Positions 37,884-47,862 of a DNA stretch of 64,000 nucleotides are shown piece after piece. Positions within the stretch are counted from its first letter, which is position 1. Every line of letters begins with the position of its first letter. The translations under genes were made by a program, and so were the position numbers. The notes below the pieces were generated by a model, which worked only from the letters and a program-made list of their open reading frames with translations, was not told where the DNA came from and did no database searches. Source of the stretch: Acidobacteriota bacterium (GTDB lineage Bacteria; Acidobacteriota; UBA4820; DSQY01); the NCBI GenBank assembly GCA_049967655.1, contig JBMFSH010000006.1:57791-121790 (forward strand). The letters run 5' to 3'.

Positions 37884-38954
37884 ATGAAGCGGAACGGTTG
37901 GATTGGCGCCGGACTATTCCTTATGGTCTTATTCTTCGGGGGGCGGATCGTGGCCGGAGCCTCAGCACAGGCCCCTCCCAAGGTTTGTTCTCTGTCCCGC
38001 GTAAGCTGGCCTTTTCTTCCGAGGGACGTGGAGGGGCTCGCGGTAGATGCGGGGAACACCCTTTGGTGCCTGGACCGCAGCGGGGCGCGTATCTTGGTGG
38101 CTTCAGCGGAGGGAAAACTCCTTCATACCGTCGGTTCACCTGGCATCAACGAAGGGGAACTGCAGGACCCCCTCACCCTCAGCCTGGAACCGAACAGCCG
38201 CCGGGCCGCCGTGGCCGACACCGCGTCAAACCTGGTTTTCTTCGATATGGACTCGGGCCATTACCTTTATACTCTCTATGGCCTTCAGGCTTACAACCTC
38301 TTCGCCTTCTTTCTGACGCCTCATCGTATTGTCTTTACCAATTGGGGAATCCCAAGGGAAATGTCACCGGAGCCCCCTTTCTTCGCCATGCCTCTCTTTT
38401 CCGTGAACTTCAAGGGGGAAGATCTCCAGGAAGCTCGCGGCTGCGAGAAGCTCCTCGTCACCGCCCAGGACCAAGGCTCCTTTTGCCTGTTCCAGCGGGG
38501 ATTTTCCGCCCTCTTCCGGCAGGGGCTCTGGGTTGTTTGCAAAAGTTTGCCTATGCAGCTTCTCTTGGTAGATGGGCAGGGAAACGTCGTCAAGAAGGGG
38601 GCCCCTATCGGCCGCATCTCGCCCTTTCCAGTGTCCCGTTTCTTGGAAAGTGGATTTCAGTTGAAAACGCTCCACGACATCCCTCACGCCACTGGGGTTG
38701 TCGTCTGGAGGGGACGCATTGGAGTTCTATGGCAGGAGCCACCTGTGCCAGGGCCGCAGCTGCGTCTGCGGTGGTTCGATGATACCTTGAAACCACTCGG
38801 CGAAACATCGCTGGACCTTGGCAAAACGCTCGCCCCCCAGGATGTGGTTATGGCGTCGCTATGCGACGGCGAGGGAAGGCTTTACGTACTGGTGGTTCAC
38901 CGTGGTGGCTTGCCGCCAGGTCAATCCACTCTCTACCGAGGGCGACTGCCATGA
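37884..38954 (+). CDS. Secreted NHL-like / six-bladed beta-propeller protein
   Basis: Signal peptide; LAVD..N.LW.LD...RI.V...G......G..G...GEL..P NHL-type blade; GGAGG RBS. Confidence 0.7.
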   Translation: MKRNGWIGAGLFLMVLFFGGRIVAGASAQAPPKVCSLSRVSWPFLPRDVEGLAVDAGNTLWCLDRSGARILVASAEGKLLHTVGSPGINEGELQDPLTLSLEPNSRRAAVADTASNLVFFDMDSGHYLYTLYGLQAYNLFAFFLTPHRIVFTNWGIPREMSPEPPFFAMPLFSVNFKGEDLQEARGCEKLLVTAQDQGSFCLFQRGFSALFRQGLWVVCKSLPMQLLLVDGQGNVVKKGAPIGRISPFPVSRFLESGFQLKTLHDIPHATGVVVWRGRIGVLWQEPPVPGPQLRLRWFDDTLKPLGETSLDLGKTLAPQDVVMASLCDGEGRLYVLVVHRGGLPPGQSTLYRGRLP

Positions 38955-39484
38955 TACTCATCGACGGTCGGCGCCTTATCCTGGTGACAGGGGCACTGAT
39001 GGTCGGCCTGGTCCTGATCGGCTGCCGGCACCAAGTAGCGAATGGAAGCCCCATCACCCTTTCGGGAGGGAGATTGGCTCTTAGCGCCTCGGCGCAGGTT
39101 TCTCTCAAGAACACGCCCTATATAGGCCTGTTGATCGTTCCCGCCGAAGGTTGCCCTTGTCGATGGACAACGGCTTACGTGGCACTCGTGGAGGCCGAAA
39201 AGGGGATTAAAACGCCATGTGTCACTCGCGTGGTTCTAGAGGGAGGCAATGAACGCACCCTTCAGGAGCTGAAACAGGAAGGCTTGCCGCCGGAGAATTT
39301 GATCCTAGATCAAGAAGGGCGGTTGGCTGCCTCTCTCGGTCTTGGCTATTCGGATCTGCCCTATTGGACCCTATGGAGACACGACGGAAGTTGGACGCTG
39401 GTTCTGGCAGCTCGCCTCTCGGCAGTCCACGACGACCAAGCGTTGTTGGGGCGGCTCTTGACCACCCTACACGGATTCTCCTGA
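38951..39484 (+). CDS. Lipoprotein with thioredoxin-like (TlpA/ResA-like) fold and CxC motif
   Basis: ATGA overlap; lipobox LIGC; beta strand then GCPC; LILDQEGRLAASLGL...P.WTLW resembles the TlpA C-terminal cis-Pro region. Confidence 0.6.
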   Translation: MILIDGRRLILVTGALMVGLVLIGCRHQVANGSPITLSGGRLALSASAQVSLKNTPYIGLLIVPAEGCPCRWTTAYVALVEAEKGIKTPCVTRVVLEGGNERTLQELKQEGLPPENLILDQEGRLAASLGLGYSDLPYWTLWRHDGSWTLVLAARLSAVHDDQALLGRLLTTLHGFS

Positions 39485-39544
39485 GCCCAAGACGAGGCAC
39501 ATTCTTGTTTCGCAGTCCGCTTTCAGCGCAAAGGGGTGGGAGTC

Positions 39545-42223
39545 ATGATTTGCAGACACTGGATAGGGAGGTTGGTGCTGCCGTTGGCGGCTTGTCTTTT
39601 TGGAGGGGCTGTATACGCCGGAGGTCCCTTCCTATGGGCCGTCGGCCTTTCGCCGGCGGAGTCTCCCCAGGAGTTGCCGCCGGAGCACCGGCCCATGGCG
39701 GCGCCCGAGGCATGGGTGATGGCGGAAGGAGGTGATGTGCTTGCCCTAGTGGCCAAGGGCCAGCCCATTCCTTCGTCCCTCTCCCGGCATCACCCGCTCC
39801 TCGTGACGCTGGCGGGTCCCTCGCCCGAGGTCGTGGCGGACGTGCCGCTCCAGTGGCGTCCCGATGGAGTGCCCAACCTGCCCCCCCCCTTCGGCCGCGT
39901 GACCACAGGCAAGGGCGGCACCGTCACCCTCTATCCTCCCCAAGGAGCAGGCGTCGTGGTGTGGGTGGACGATCCCCGCTACGAGCCCGGCTTCGTCCAC
40001 GTACCGGCGGGGAGTAGCGTGGCCTCGCTCGCACTCGTTCCTTGCGCTAAACCTTTCCTGCGAATCACCGATGAGGCCGGCCGTGAGTTGGCGGACGCTT
40101 CGCTCACGGCCATCCGCCCGGACGCCCTTGCTTCGCCCATCAGCCTCTTCGCCGCGGCCTCGGGCTCACCCGCGCTTCACCTCAGGGCCGACGGGGCGGG
40201 CCGGGTCCTTCTCCCCGAAGATCATGCTGCGCTGGCTGGGTGGATTACGGCGTTGGGCTATGCTCCGCTTCGTCTGGTCTCCCTTCGCGGGATTTCCGGC
40301 CACTCATGCCTCCTGCACCGGGCAAACCGATGCACGGTCAGCCTCCTAGATGGTTCTACCCACCGCCCCTTAAGCACCGCCCGATGGTCCGTCGGCTGGA
40401 GCCCGAAGGGGCTGCCCTGGGTTGTGCTCGGCGAGAACTCGTCCTGGAGTCCCCCGGACGGAGCCGTCTACCTACCCCATTTCCCTTGTGCCCTCAGCTT
40501 CCAGGCCGAGGGACACGCTTCGGTGGTGCTTCGGCTGGACGGCCCACCCCAGAACGGCTCTCTGCGTGTGGAACTGCCTGCCGGCATCGAGATCCAGGGA
40601 GTTGTCCAAGATCCTCAGCGGCAACCGGTGGCTGGCGCCACCGTACTAGCAGGCGATCCGCTCGATGCGGGAGCACGCTCCACCGAAACTGACGCCAAGG
40701 GGCGGTTCACCCTCGCCGGTCTTCCCGCCAGCGGAAGCTCGTTGCGCTTGACGGCCGAAGCGGACGGGTTTCTGCCCACCAGCACCGGTCCTCTGCCCCT
40801 TCGCAGCCAAAAGGGAGTGGTGATCCAACTGCGAACCGGTGCCGTCGTGACGGGAAGCCTGGTGGATGCCGATACGCTGCAACCCATTCCCCACGGAAAG
40901 GTGACCCTTGCTCCCGCGGACAATCAGCCATTTCAACCTGAGGCGCTGCAAGCCGTGACAGGGGAGGAGGGTAGCTTCCGACTGCAGGGTTTGGAGCCGG
41001 GGCCTTACACGCTGAATGCTTACGCCCGGGGGTGGACGTCGGCCAGCAAGGACATCACGGCCATCGCGGCAGCTCCCACGGAGGTGGGCACCATTGCACT
41101 CTCATCCCACCCCCAGGTGACGGGCAGCCTCTCCCGAACGGACGGCAACGACCTCTCCTCCAGCGCCCAAGTTTGGCTCGAGCGCAAGCTTTCCTATCAC
41201 GACGTGACGAGCCCAGGAGGCCTCTCCCGCCTGGAGGGTCACATCGGCAAGGACGGCCGCTTCGTCATCCGGGGTGTGGCCGAAGGGCGCTACCTACTGA
41301 GAGCTGTCGACGGTGACCTGAGGGCCACGGTCGGGCCCTTCCGAGTGGAGGGTGCGGACCAGGATCTTGGCGAGGTTTCCCTTCGAAAAGGCGCCGCGCT
41401 CAATGGGACGCTGTCGGGCCAGGAGGATTTCACCGGCTGGCGGGTGGAGCTGCTCGCTCAAGCCTTCGACCCCTCTCCACCGGTGGAAACCACGGGTCAG
41501 GACGGCGGGTTCGACTTCGGCACGGTCAACCCGGGCGATTACCGTCTGGAGGCCTTCTCGCCCTTGTCAAGCCAGCCTACGGCCATGCGGGCCCTTTCCT
41601 TGGCATCGGGAGACAAAGCCCATGTTGTGCTTCCGGTGGACGGTGTAACCGTATCCATCCTCGTGGAGGTGCAGGGGCAAGTGGCGGCCGACGCCTCCCT
41701 GCTGGTGAGACCACCCTCCTCGGAGGCCTTCGACAACGGCGTCGTGCAAATCTCCGGCCCGAACGGCGTCATGACTCTGGGGTTGCCCACCACGAGCTCC
41801 AGCGGGCAGGCCGACGCCACGGGCATCGTCACCCTGAACAACGCCCCCACGGGAGCCGTCCAGGCCTACCTCTCTTGGAACGGCATGCAGTACATGGCGC
41901 CCTTCTCCATCCCCGCCGAACCGGCCTCCCTCCTCACGTTGAACTTTCAAGGGATCACCCTGCAGGGAACCGTCTCGACGGCGGATGGCCGCCCCCTGTC
42001 CGGCATTCAGGTGACGCTGGCCTACGAGGGGTTGGGTGCCTCGCCGGGCCAGAGCACCCTCACGGGGTTGGCTGGCACCTTTCAGTTCTCGGGATTGGGC
42101 GCTGGGAGCGTCCTTCTCTCCGCGCGCAGCAGCTCCGGTGCCACCGTCTCCCAGGAGGTCCCGCTCGCCGCGGATTCGCCGCCTACGCCGGTTCATCTGA
42201 TACTTGGAGGGCCTTCTCGGTGA
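39545..42223 (+). CDS. Large secreted protein with repeated carboxypeptidase-regulatory-like beta-sandwich domains
   Basis: Repeats of G.V.D..G.P..GA.V...TD..G.F...GL..G.Y.L.A.A.G. Confidence 0.8.
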   Translation: MICRHWIGRLVLPLAACLFGGAVYAGGPFLWAVGLSPAESPQELPPEHRPMAAPEAWVMAEGGDVLALVAKGQPIPSSLSRHHPLLVTLAGPSPEVVADVPLQWRPDGVPNLPPPFGRVTTGKGGTVTLYPPQGAGVVVWVDDPRYEPGFVHVPAGSSVASLALVPCAKPFLRITDEAGRELADASLTAIRPDALASPISLFAAASGSPALHLRADGAGRVLLPEDHAALAGWITALGYAPLRLVSLRGISGHSCLLHRANRCTVSLLDGSTHRPLSTARWSVGWSPKGLPWVVLGENSSWSPPDGAVYLPHFPCALSFQAEGHASVVLRLDGPPQNGSLRVELPAGIEIQGVVQDPQRQPVAGATVLAGDPLDAGARSTETDAKGRFTLAGLPASGSSLRLTAEADGFLPTSTGPLPLRSQKGVVIQLRTGAVVTGSLVDADTLQPIPHGKVTLAPADNQPFQPEALQAVTGEEGSFRLQGLEPGPYTLNAYARGWTSASKDITAIAAAPTEVGTIALSSHPQVTGSLSRTDGNDLSSSAQVWLERKLSYHDVTSPGGLSRLEGHIGKDGRFVIRGVAEGRYLLRAVDGDLRATVGPFRVEGADQDLGEVSLRKGAALNGTLSGQEDFTGWRVELLAQAFDPSPPVETTGQDGGFDFGTVNPGDYRLEAFSPLSSQPTAMRALSLASGDKAHVVLPVDGVTVSILVEVQGQVAADASLLVRPPSSEAFDNGVVQISGPNGVMTLGLPTTSSSGQADATGIVTLNNAPTGAVQAYLSWNGMQYMAPFSIPAEPASLLTLNFQGITLQGTVSTADGRPLSGIQVTLAYEGLGASPGQSTLTGLAGTFQFSGLGAGSVLLSARSSSGATVSQEVPLAADSPPTPVHLILGGPSR

Positions 42224-42241
42224 AAAGGCACAGACCCGCCA

Positions 42242-43252
42242 TCAAAAACGGGGCTGAAGAAGGTGAACAAAGAGCGGGTCCAGAGCGCAGGCGAGCATGA
42301 CGGCGAGGGCGAAGAGGTTGATCTGCATGAAGGCCGCGCCGGGCGAGAAGCCCTCCCCAGCCGCGAGCAGCTTGCGCGAGGCCCACGTCAGCCCGGCGGC
42401 GCAGAGCGCGAGCGCCACGACCGACGGAAGGGAGCGGACCACGTCGAAGAGGGGCAGGAGCAGGCTCGAAAAGGCGGTGGCCATCATCCAGACGCACGTG
42501 ATCCGCGAGAGCTGCACCGGAGAAAACACCTGCGTGAGGGTGGGAAAGCCGGCCCGCTCGTACTGATCGCCGTACTTGAGCAGCAGCAGCCAGAAGTGCG
42601 GGATCTGCCAGACGAAGAAGAAAAAGCCGAGGGCCAGCAGACCGCCGTCCGCCAGGCGCCCGCCGCCGGCCACCCAGCCGATGGCCGGGGGGATGGCGCC
42701 GATGATGGAGCCCGGAACCACCGCGAAGGCCGTGACCCTCTTGAGGGGCGTGTAGAGAAGGTTGTAGGAGGCCACGGCGGCGGCTCCCAGGAGCGCGCCG
42801 AGAGCGCCCACTCCCAGCAGCAGGACCGCCTCGCCCCCCGCCAGCAGAAGGAGGGAGACCAGGAGTCCCTCCGAAGGCGTAATCAGCCCCGCCGGGATGG
42901 GCCTTCTCCGCGTGCGCGCCATGAGAGCGTCGCTCTTCCACTCCTGCACCTCGTTGAGGGCCCCGGCGCCGCAGGAGAGCAGGAGGGTCCCCGCTAGGGC
43001 CACGACCATTTCCCAGTGGAGGGAGCGCGCCGCGAGCAGGTAGCCCGTGCCCGCCGAGAAGGTGGAGAGGACGGCGATGTTGAACTTGGTCAGGACCCGG
43101 AGCAGGCCGAGGGAGCCCCGGATGTCCCGCGTCAGGCTGCTCGGCTGGCCCGAGTCGATCGCGCCCGAAGACCGGGCGGCATCCCTTCCCGGCGCCGCGG
43201 GGAGCGCCGCCTCCCGGTTCCAGATCGCTGCCCTCGTCCTCGCGCCCGCCAT
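42242..43252 (-). CDS. ctaB: Protoheme IX farnesyltransferase (heme O synthase)
   Basis: ALN.V.E...D..M.RT..RPIP.G, YT.LKR, GAIPP..GW, WQIPHF. Confidence 0.92.
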   Translation of the reverse strand: MAGARTRAAIWNREAALPAAPGRDAARSSGAIDSGQPSSLTRDIRGSLGLLRVLTKFNIAVLSTFSAGTGYLLAARSLHWEMVVALAGTLLLSCGAGALNEVQEWKSDALMARTRRRPIPAGLITPSEGLLVSLLLLAGGEAVLLLGVGALGALLGAAAVASYNLLYTPLKRVTAFAVVPGSIIGAIPPAIGWVAGGGRLADGGLLALGFFFFVWQIPHFWLLLLKYGDQYERAGFPTLTQVFSPVQLSRITCVWMMATAFSSLLLPLFDVVRSLPSVVALALCAAGLTWASRKLLAAGEGFSPGAAFMQINLFALAVMLACALDPLFVHLLQPRF

Positions 43253-43263
43253 CGTGGCTCCCG

Positions 43264-44172
43264 CTACTTCAGCGTCTTGATATAAGCGATGAGGTCCTTC
43301 ACGTCCTGGGGCGTCAGATCCTTCTGCACCGGCATGACGTTGGCAGGATAGCTCTGCACGATATCCGCGTTGGGATCGAGGATGGAGCGCCTCAGGTAGT
43401 CGTCATCGGCCTTGACGGTGCGCGTCTTGCCGTTCGTGATAACCGTCACCTCGGAGTCGTAGAGCCCCTTCCACGTGGGGCCCACGATCCTGATCCCGGT
43501 GATGCTGTGGCAGCCGATGCAGCCCTTGGTCTTGTACAAAAGTTCGCCGTGGGCCGGACCGGAGGCGGCCTCTTGGGTGTTGTACCACTCGTTGAACTTG
43601 TCTCCCGGCATGATGACCACCCTGGCCATCATCAGGGGGTGTCCCTGGCCGCAATAGCTGGAACAGAGCAGGTCGTAGGTGCCGAGGTCGGTGGGGTCGA
43701 ACCAGGCATAGTTGTGCTTGTCCGGCACCACGTCCTCCTTCACGCCGAAGGCCGGGATGAAGAAGCCGTGGATCACGTCCAGTGAATGGAGGTTGCAGCG
43801 CACCGGTGTGTCGATGGGGAGCCGCAGCTCGCTGCTCACCTTGCCGTTCGGGTACTTGAACGACCAGGACCACTGGCGCGCTGTCACCTCCACCTGCATG
43901 GCATCGCGGGGCACCTCCCTCATCTGCTCCCAGCGCGTCCACCCGAAGTAGAACATGGAGAGGAACAGGAGGGTTGGGATGATGGTCCAGGTGGCCTCCA
44001 GGGCCACGTTGCCGTGGATGTCCTTGGGCCTGGGGTTCCTGCTCCGGCTGTAGCGGACGACGAAATAGATCATCGTCGCCGTGATGCCCACCAGAAAAAT
44101 GGCGGAGAGGGAAACGATGTAGAGGAAGACGTCAGTGACGCTCTGGGTCAGTGTCGTGGTGGCTGGATTCAT
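43264..44172 (-). CDS. coxB: Cytochrome c oxidase subunit II with fused cytochrome c
   Basis: LE.TWT.IP, QW.W.F.Y, DV.HGF, CSSYCGQGHPLM CuA site, CIGCH heme motif. Confidence 0.93.
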   Translation of the reverse strand: MNPATTTLTQSVTDVFLYIVSLSAIFLVGITATMIYFVVRYSRSRNPRPKDIHGNVALEATWTIIPTLLFLSMFYFGWTRWEQMREVPRDAMQVEVTARQWSWSFKYPNGKVSSELRLPIDTPVRCNLHSLDVIHGFFIPAFGVKEDVVPDKHNYAWFDPTDLGTYDLLCSSYCGQGHPLMMARVVIMPGDKFNEWYNTQEAASGPAHGELLYKTKGCIGCHSITGIRIVGPTWKGLYDSEVTVITNGKTRTVKADDDYLRRSILDPNADIVQSYPANVMPVQKDLTPQDVKDLIAYIKTLK

Positions 44173-44178
44173 GGACCG

Positions 44179-44484
44179 CTACCTCAGGGCCACGTCAAGA
44201 AAGGTCAGTCCGAGGAAGATGATGATGATGCACAGCGTCACCATCAGCATGATCCTGAAGAGGGTCTTCTCGTACTTCAGGTGCATGAAGAAGAAGACCA
44301 CGAGCGCCGCCTTGAGCGGGCTGATGATGAAGGCCGCCAAGGAGTTCCATCGCCCTCCGCCCATGTGGAGCAGGGAGATGGAGGAGAGCAGGAGGGTGAG
44401 CCCCACCAGGGCCGCCCATACGAGGGTGTAGGTGGTGTAGCTGACGACGTGGATCTCTTCGGTCGCTTCGTGAGCCACGGCCAT
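44179..44484 (-). CDS. Cytochrome c oxidase subunit IV
   Basis: Three TM segments, KAALV..FFMHLKYE. Confidence 0.88.
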   Translation of the reverse strand: MAVAHEATEEIHVVSYTTYTLVWAALVGLTLLLSSISLLHMGGGRWNSLAAFIISPLKAALVVFFFMHLKYEKTLFRIMLMVTLCIIIIFLGLTFLDVALR

Positions 44485-44490
44485 CCCCCC

Positions 44491-45126
44491 TTACGCCGCC
44501 AAATAGAAGAGCGGAAGCAGGAAGATCCAGATGATGTCCACGAGGTGCCAATACAGCGCGGCGTTCTCCAGGAAGACGAAGTGCTCCTGGGTGACCTTTC
44601 CGCGCGCCATCAGGATGAGCGCGGCGGTGAGCACGGCGATGCCGGCGATGACGTGCAGACCGTGCAGCCCCGTCATGACGTAATAGAGCGAGAAGAAAAG
44701 CTGTTCCCCCGGTTTGCCTTGGAGCAGATGGGAATGGGGGAAGTAGCCTTGGCGGATGTGGCCGCTCCACTCCACGGCCTTGACGATCATGAAGACCACG
44801 CCGGTCAGGATGGTCGCCCCCACGAGCCCCATGGCCAGCTTCCTTCGGCCCCGCTGCAGCGCCGTGATGGAACTGGCCACGGCGAAGCTGCCCGTGAGCA
44901 GGACCAGCGTGTTGGCCACCCCCAGGAGGGCGTCCATGTGGCTGCCGCCGGCGCTGAAGGCTCGCGGATGATCGGCCCTGTACACGGCGTACAGGACGAA
45001 CAGCCCGCCGAAGAGCATGCACTCCGAGAAGAGGAAGAGCCACATGCCGAGCTTGGCGCCCCCGTAGTCCCTGTGTTCCTCGCGGGTGTGTTCGGCTCGC
45101 CCCGTTTCCGCAGCCACGTCGCTCAT
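44491..45126 (-). CDS. coxC: Cytochrome c oxidase subunit III
   Basis: GMWLFL.SE...[20 protein letters not shown]. Confidence 0.93.
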   Translation of the reverse strand: MSDVAAETGRAEHTREEHRDYGGAKLGMWLFLFSECMLFGGLFVLYAVYRADHPRAFSAGGSHMDALLGVANTLVLLTGSFAVASSITALQRGRRKLAMGLVGATILTGVVFMIVKAVEWSGHIRQGYFPHSHLLQGKPGEQLFFSLYYVMTGLHGLHVIAGIAVLTAALILMARGKVTQEHFVFLENAALYWHLVDIIWIFLLPLFYLAA

Positions 45127-46754
45127 GATGCGAACGCTCCTTCAAAGTCATAGGCCTTTTCGGGGATCGTGGGGGGTTCCAGGAAGTTCTCGGTGGGCGG
45201 AGGCGAGGGGATCTGCCACTCGAGCGTCACGCCGCCCCACGGGTTATCGCCGGCCTTTTCGCCCTTGAACACGGATAGGATCAGGTTGGTGAAGACCACC
45301 AGGATCCCCGCGATCATGATCCAGGAGCCCACCGTGGCGATCACGTGGGGCGTCTGAAACCGAGGGAGGTAGAAGGCGTAGCGCCGGGGCATCCCCATGA
45401 CGCCGAGCACGAACATGGTGAAGTAGAAGAGGTTGAAGCCCGTGAACAGGAGGGCCCAGCCGATGTAGGCCGCGCTCCGGTTGTACATCCGGCCGAACAT
45501 CTTGGGCAGCCAGTAGTGCAGGGCCCCGAAAAAGGCGAAGGCCGCCCCGCCGAAGATCACGTAATGGAAGTGGGCCACCACGAAGTAGGTATCGTGAAGC
45601 ATGACGTTCAAGGCCAGGGCGCCGAGAATCAAGCCGGTCAGTCCGCCCACGGAGAAGAGAAAGATGAAGCTGAGGGCGTAGAGCATGGGCGGTTCGAGCG
45701 CGATGGAGCCCTTGTAGAGCGTCGCCGTCCAGTTGAAGACCTTGATGGCGCTGGGAACGGCCACCAGGAAGGTGAGGAGCGAGAAGACCGTGGCCGCCTC
45801 GTCGCTGAGGCCCGAGGTGAACATGTGGTGGGCCCAGACCAGGGAGCCCAGGAGCGCGATGCCCATGGAGGACCAGACGATGGCGGTGTAGCCGAAAATG
45901 GTCCTGCGCGCGAAGGTGGGGATCATCTCCGAGATGAGGCCCATGGCGGGCAGGATCATGATGTAGACCGCGGGGTGGGAGTACATCCAGAACAGGTGCT
46001 GGTAGAGGAGCGGATCGCCGCCCATGGCCGGGTTGAAGATCCCCACGTGGAAGATCCTCTCCACGAAAATCAGCAGCATGGTGATGCCGAGGACCGGCGT
46101 GGCTAGGACCTGCACCCACGAGGTGGCGTAGAGGGCCCACGGGAAGAGGGGCATCTTGAACCAGCCCATGCCCGGCGCCCGCATCCGGTGCATGGTCGTG
46201 ATGAAGTTGATTCCCGTGAGGATCGAGGAGAACCCCAGCACGAAGACGCCGAAGACGGCCATGGGGATGTCGGCGTGCGTCCTCAGACTGTAGGGGGCGT
46301 AGAAGGTCCAGCCCGTGTCCGGCAGGCCGCTCCCGAAAAGGGAGGCGAGGGCGATGACGGCCCCGGTCACGTAGAGCCACCAGGAGAGCAGGTTGAGCCT
46401 CGGGAAGGCCACGTCCTTGGCGCCGATCATGATGGGCATGAAGAAGTTGCCCAGGGATCCGGGGACGGCCGGAATGATGAAGAGGAAGATCATGATCACG
46501 CCGTGCAGCGTGAACAGGGCGTTGTAATAATCCGCGTTCTTGAAGAGCTCGCCGTGGGGCGAGAGCATCTGCAGGCGCATGAGGAAGCCCAGCGACATCC
46601 CCACGAAGAAGAAGAAGAGCGTGGAGACCAGGTAGAGGATTCCGATCCGCTTGTGGTCCGTGGAGAAGATCCAGCCGAAGATGCCGCTGAACCGGCCGTG
46701 ATCCTCAAGGTAGCTCGCCGCGCCCGCGCGCGGCGGCGATTCGGAAGTCGTCAT
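45123..46754 (-). CDS. coxA: Cytochrome c oxidase subunit I, type A2
   Basis: TDHKRIG, T.HG, GWT.Y.P, W.YSHPAVY (YS = A2 type), [22 protein letters not shown]. Confidence 0.96.
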   Translation of the reverse strand: MTTSESPPRAGAASYLEDHGRFSGIFGWIFSTDHKRIGILYLVSTLFFFFVGMSLGFLMRLQMLSPHGELFKNADYYNALFTLHGVIMIFLFIIPAVPGSLGNFFMPIMIGAKDVAFPRLNLLSWWLYVTGAVIALASLFGSGLPDTGWTFYAPYSLRTHADIPMAVFGVFVLGFSSILTGINFITTMHRMRAPGMGWFKMPLFPWALYATSWVQVLATPVLGITMLLIFVERIFHVGIFNPAMGGDPLLYQHLFWMYSHPAVYIMILPAMGLISEMIPTFARRTIFGYTAIVWSSMGIALLGSLVWAHHMFTSGLSDEAATVFSLLTFLVAVPSAIKVFNWTATLYKGSIALEPPMLYALSFIFLFSVGGLTGLILGALALNVMLHDTYFVVAHFHYVIFGGAAFAFFGALHYWLPKMFGRMYNRSAAYIGWALLFTGFNLFYFTMFVLGVMGMPRRYAFYLPRFQTPHVIATVGSWIMIAGILVVFTNLILSVFKGEKAGDNPWGGVTLEWQIPSPPPTENFLEPPTIPEKAYDFEGAFAS

Positions 46755-47590
46755 GTTCGGGACCTCGCCTCTCCGTGCTTGACCTTGCGGTTGGGGTTCG
46801 TGAACACCAGGAACGCCACGAAAGCGAGTGCTGACAAGATGACCGCCACGCCCGAGAGGGCCATGACCCTCGAAACGAGCACGCTGCCCTTGGGCCGGAT
46901 GCTGAAGCAGGAGAGGAGCTCACCCACGATCCTGCTGCCGGTCTTCTCTTTGGCCGCGTCGCCGATGGCCATCTGGAGGGCCGAGGGAACGTAGCTGACG
47001 CCATAGAGGTACTGGACCACCTTGCCCTTCGGGCTGAGCACGATGAGGGTGGCGGGGTGGATGTACATGTCCTGGTCCTTCTGGTAGCTGAAGCCCACGG
47101 CATCGGTGACCTTGTCGATGTCGGCCTTGTCGCCCGAGAGGAAGAGCCAGTCCTGAGGCTGGATGGGCCTCTTCACGAGGGCCATGTAGTTGCGCTTCTT
47201 GTCCGCCAGGATCTGCGGCGTATCCGTGGGGTCGAAGCTGATGGAGATGATCTGGTAGTCCTTGCCGGGATCGAGGGGCATTCGGTTCACCACGCCCGCC
47301 ACCCCCTCCAGCAGGCGCGGGCAGATGCCGGCGCACCGTGAGTAGAAGAGGGCCAGGACCGTGGGCTTGGTCATGACCTGCCCGAGGGTGACCTCACGGC
47401 CCTGCGAATCCGTGAACTTGGCGTCCAGGGGAACCTGGGCGCCCAGCTTCTCGGTCACGCCCTCGACGGTGATCTTGCCGGGGGCCTGGGCCATGACCGC
47501 GGCCGCCATCACGAGCCCGAGGCCCGCCGTCCACGCCACCCGCAAGGCGCGGCGGCCAGAACGCACCAACTTCCGTTCTTCTCTCTTCAT
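46751..47590 (-). CDS. SCO1/SenC-family copper chaperone
   Basis: E.LG.QVPLD..F.D..G, CAGIC, SFDP.DT, Y.HP. Confidence 0.88.
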   Translation of the reverse strand: MKREERKLVRSGRRALRVAWTAGLGLVMAAAVMAQAPGKITVEGVTEKLGAQVPLDAKFTDSQGREVTLGQVMTKPTVLALFYSRCAGICPRLLEGVAGVVNRMPLDPGKDYQIISISFDPTDTPQILADKKRNYMALVKRPIQPQDWLFLSGDKADIDKVTDAVGFSYQKDQDMYIHPATLIVLSPKGKVVQYLYGVSYVPSALQMAIGDAAKEKTGSRIVGELLSCFSIRPKGSVLVSRVMALSGVAVILSALAFVAFLVFTNPNRKVKHGEARSRT

Positions 47591-47862
47591 GGTCCTGCAT
47601 CACCTAGGAATCGCGCGTACGTCTCGTATTTTTGGGGGGACGGGCCGCCGCCGCCGGCGCCCCTTCGGGAAGCTTCATTCTTCCCGCCCTGCCGTCCGGT
47701 TCAACTTCCCGCGCCTGCGCTTGGGAAGCCGTTCCGCTCCCTCTCCAGTCCTTGGGGAGCGGCTCCCTCACCCGCCGCGGGGCTCGCATGGATAGTGAAA
47801 CAGCCGATGAACGAGATTATTCTCGCGCGCGGGGCGAGGGCGACGGGGTACGTCCCCCGCCC

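Noticed and set aside
47604..47789. 61-aa ORF between the cytochrome c and sco genes as a possible actG
   Set aside because: No TM helix, no RBS, low-complexity Arg/Pro composition
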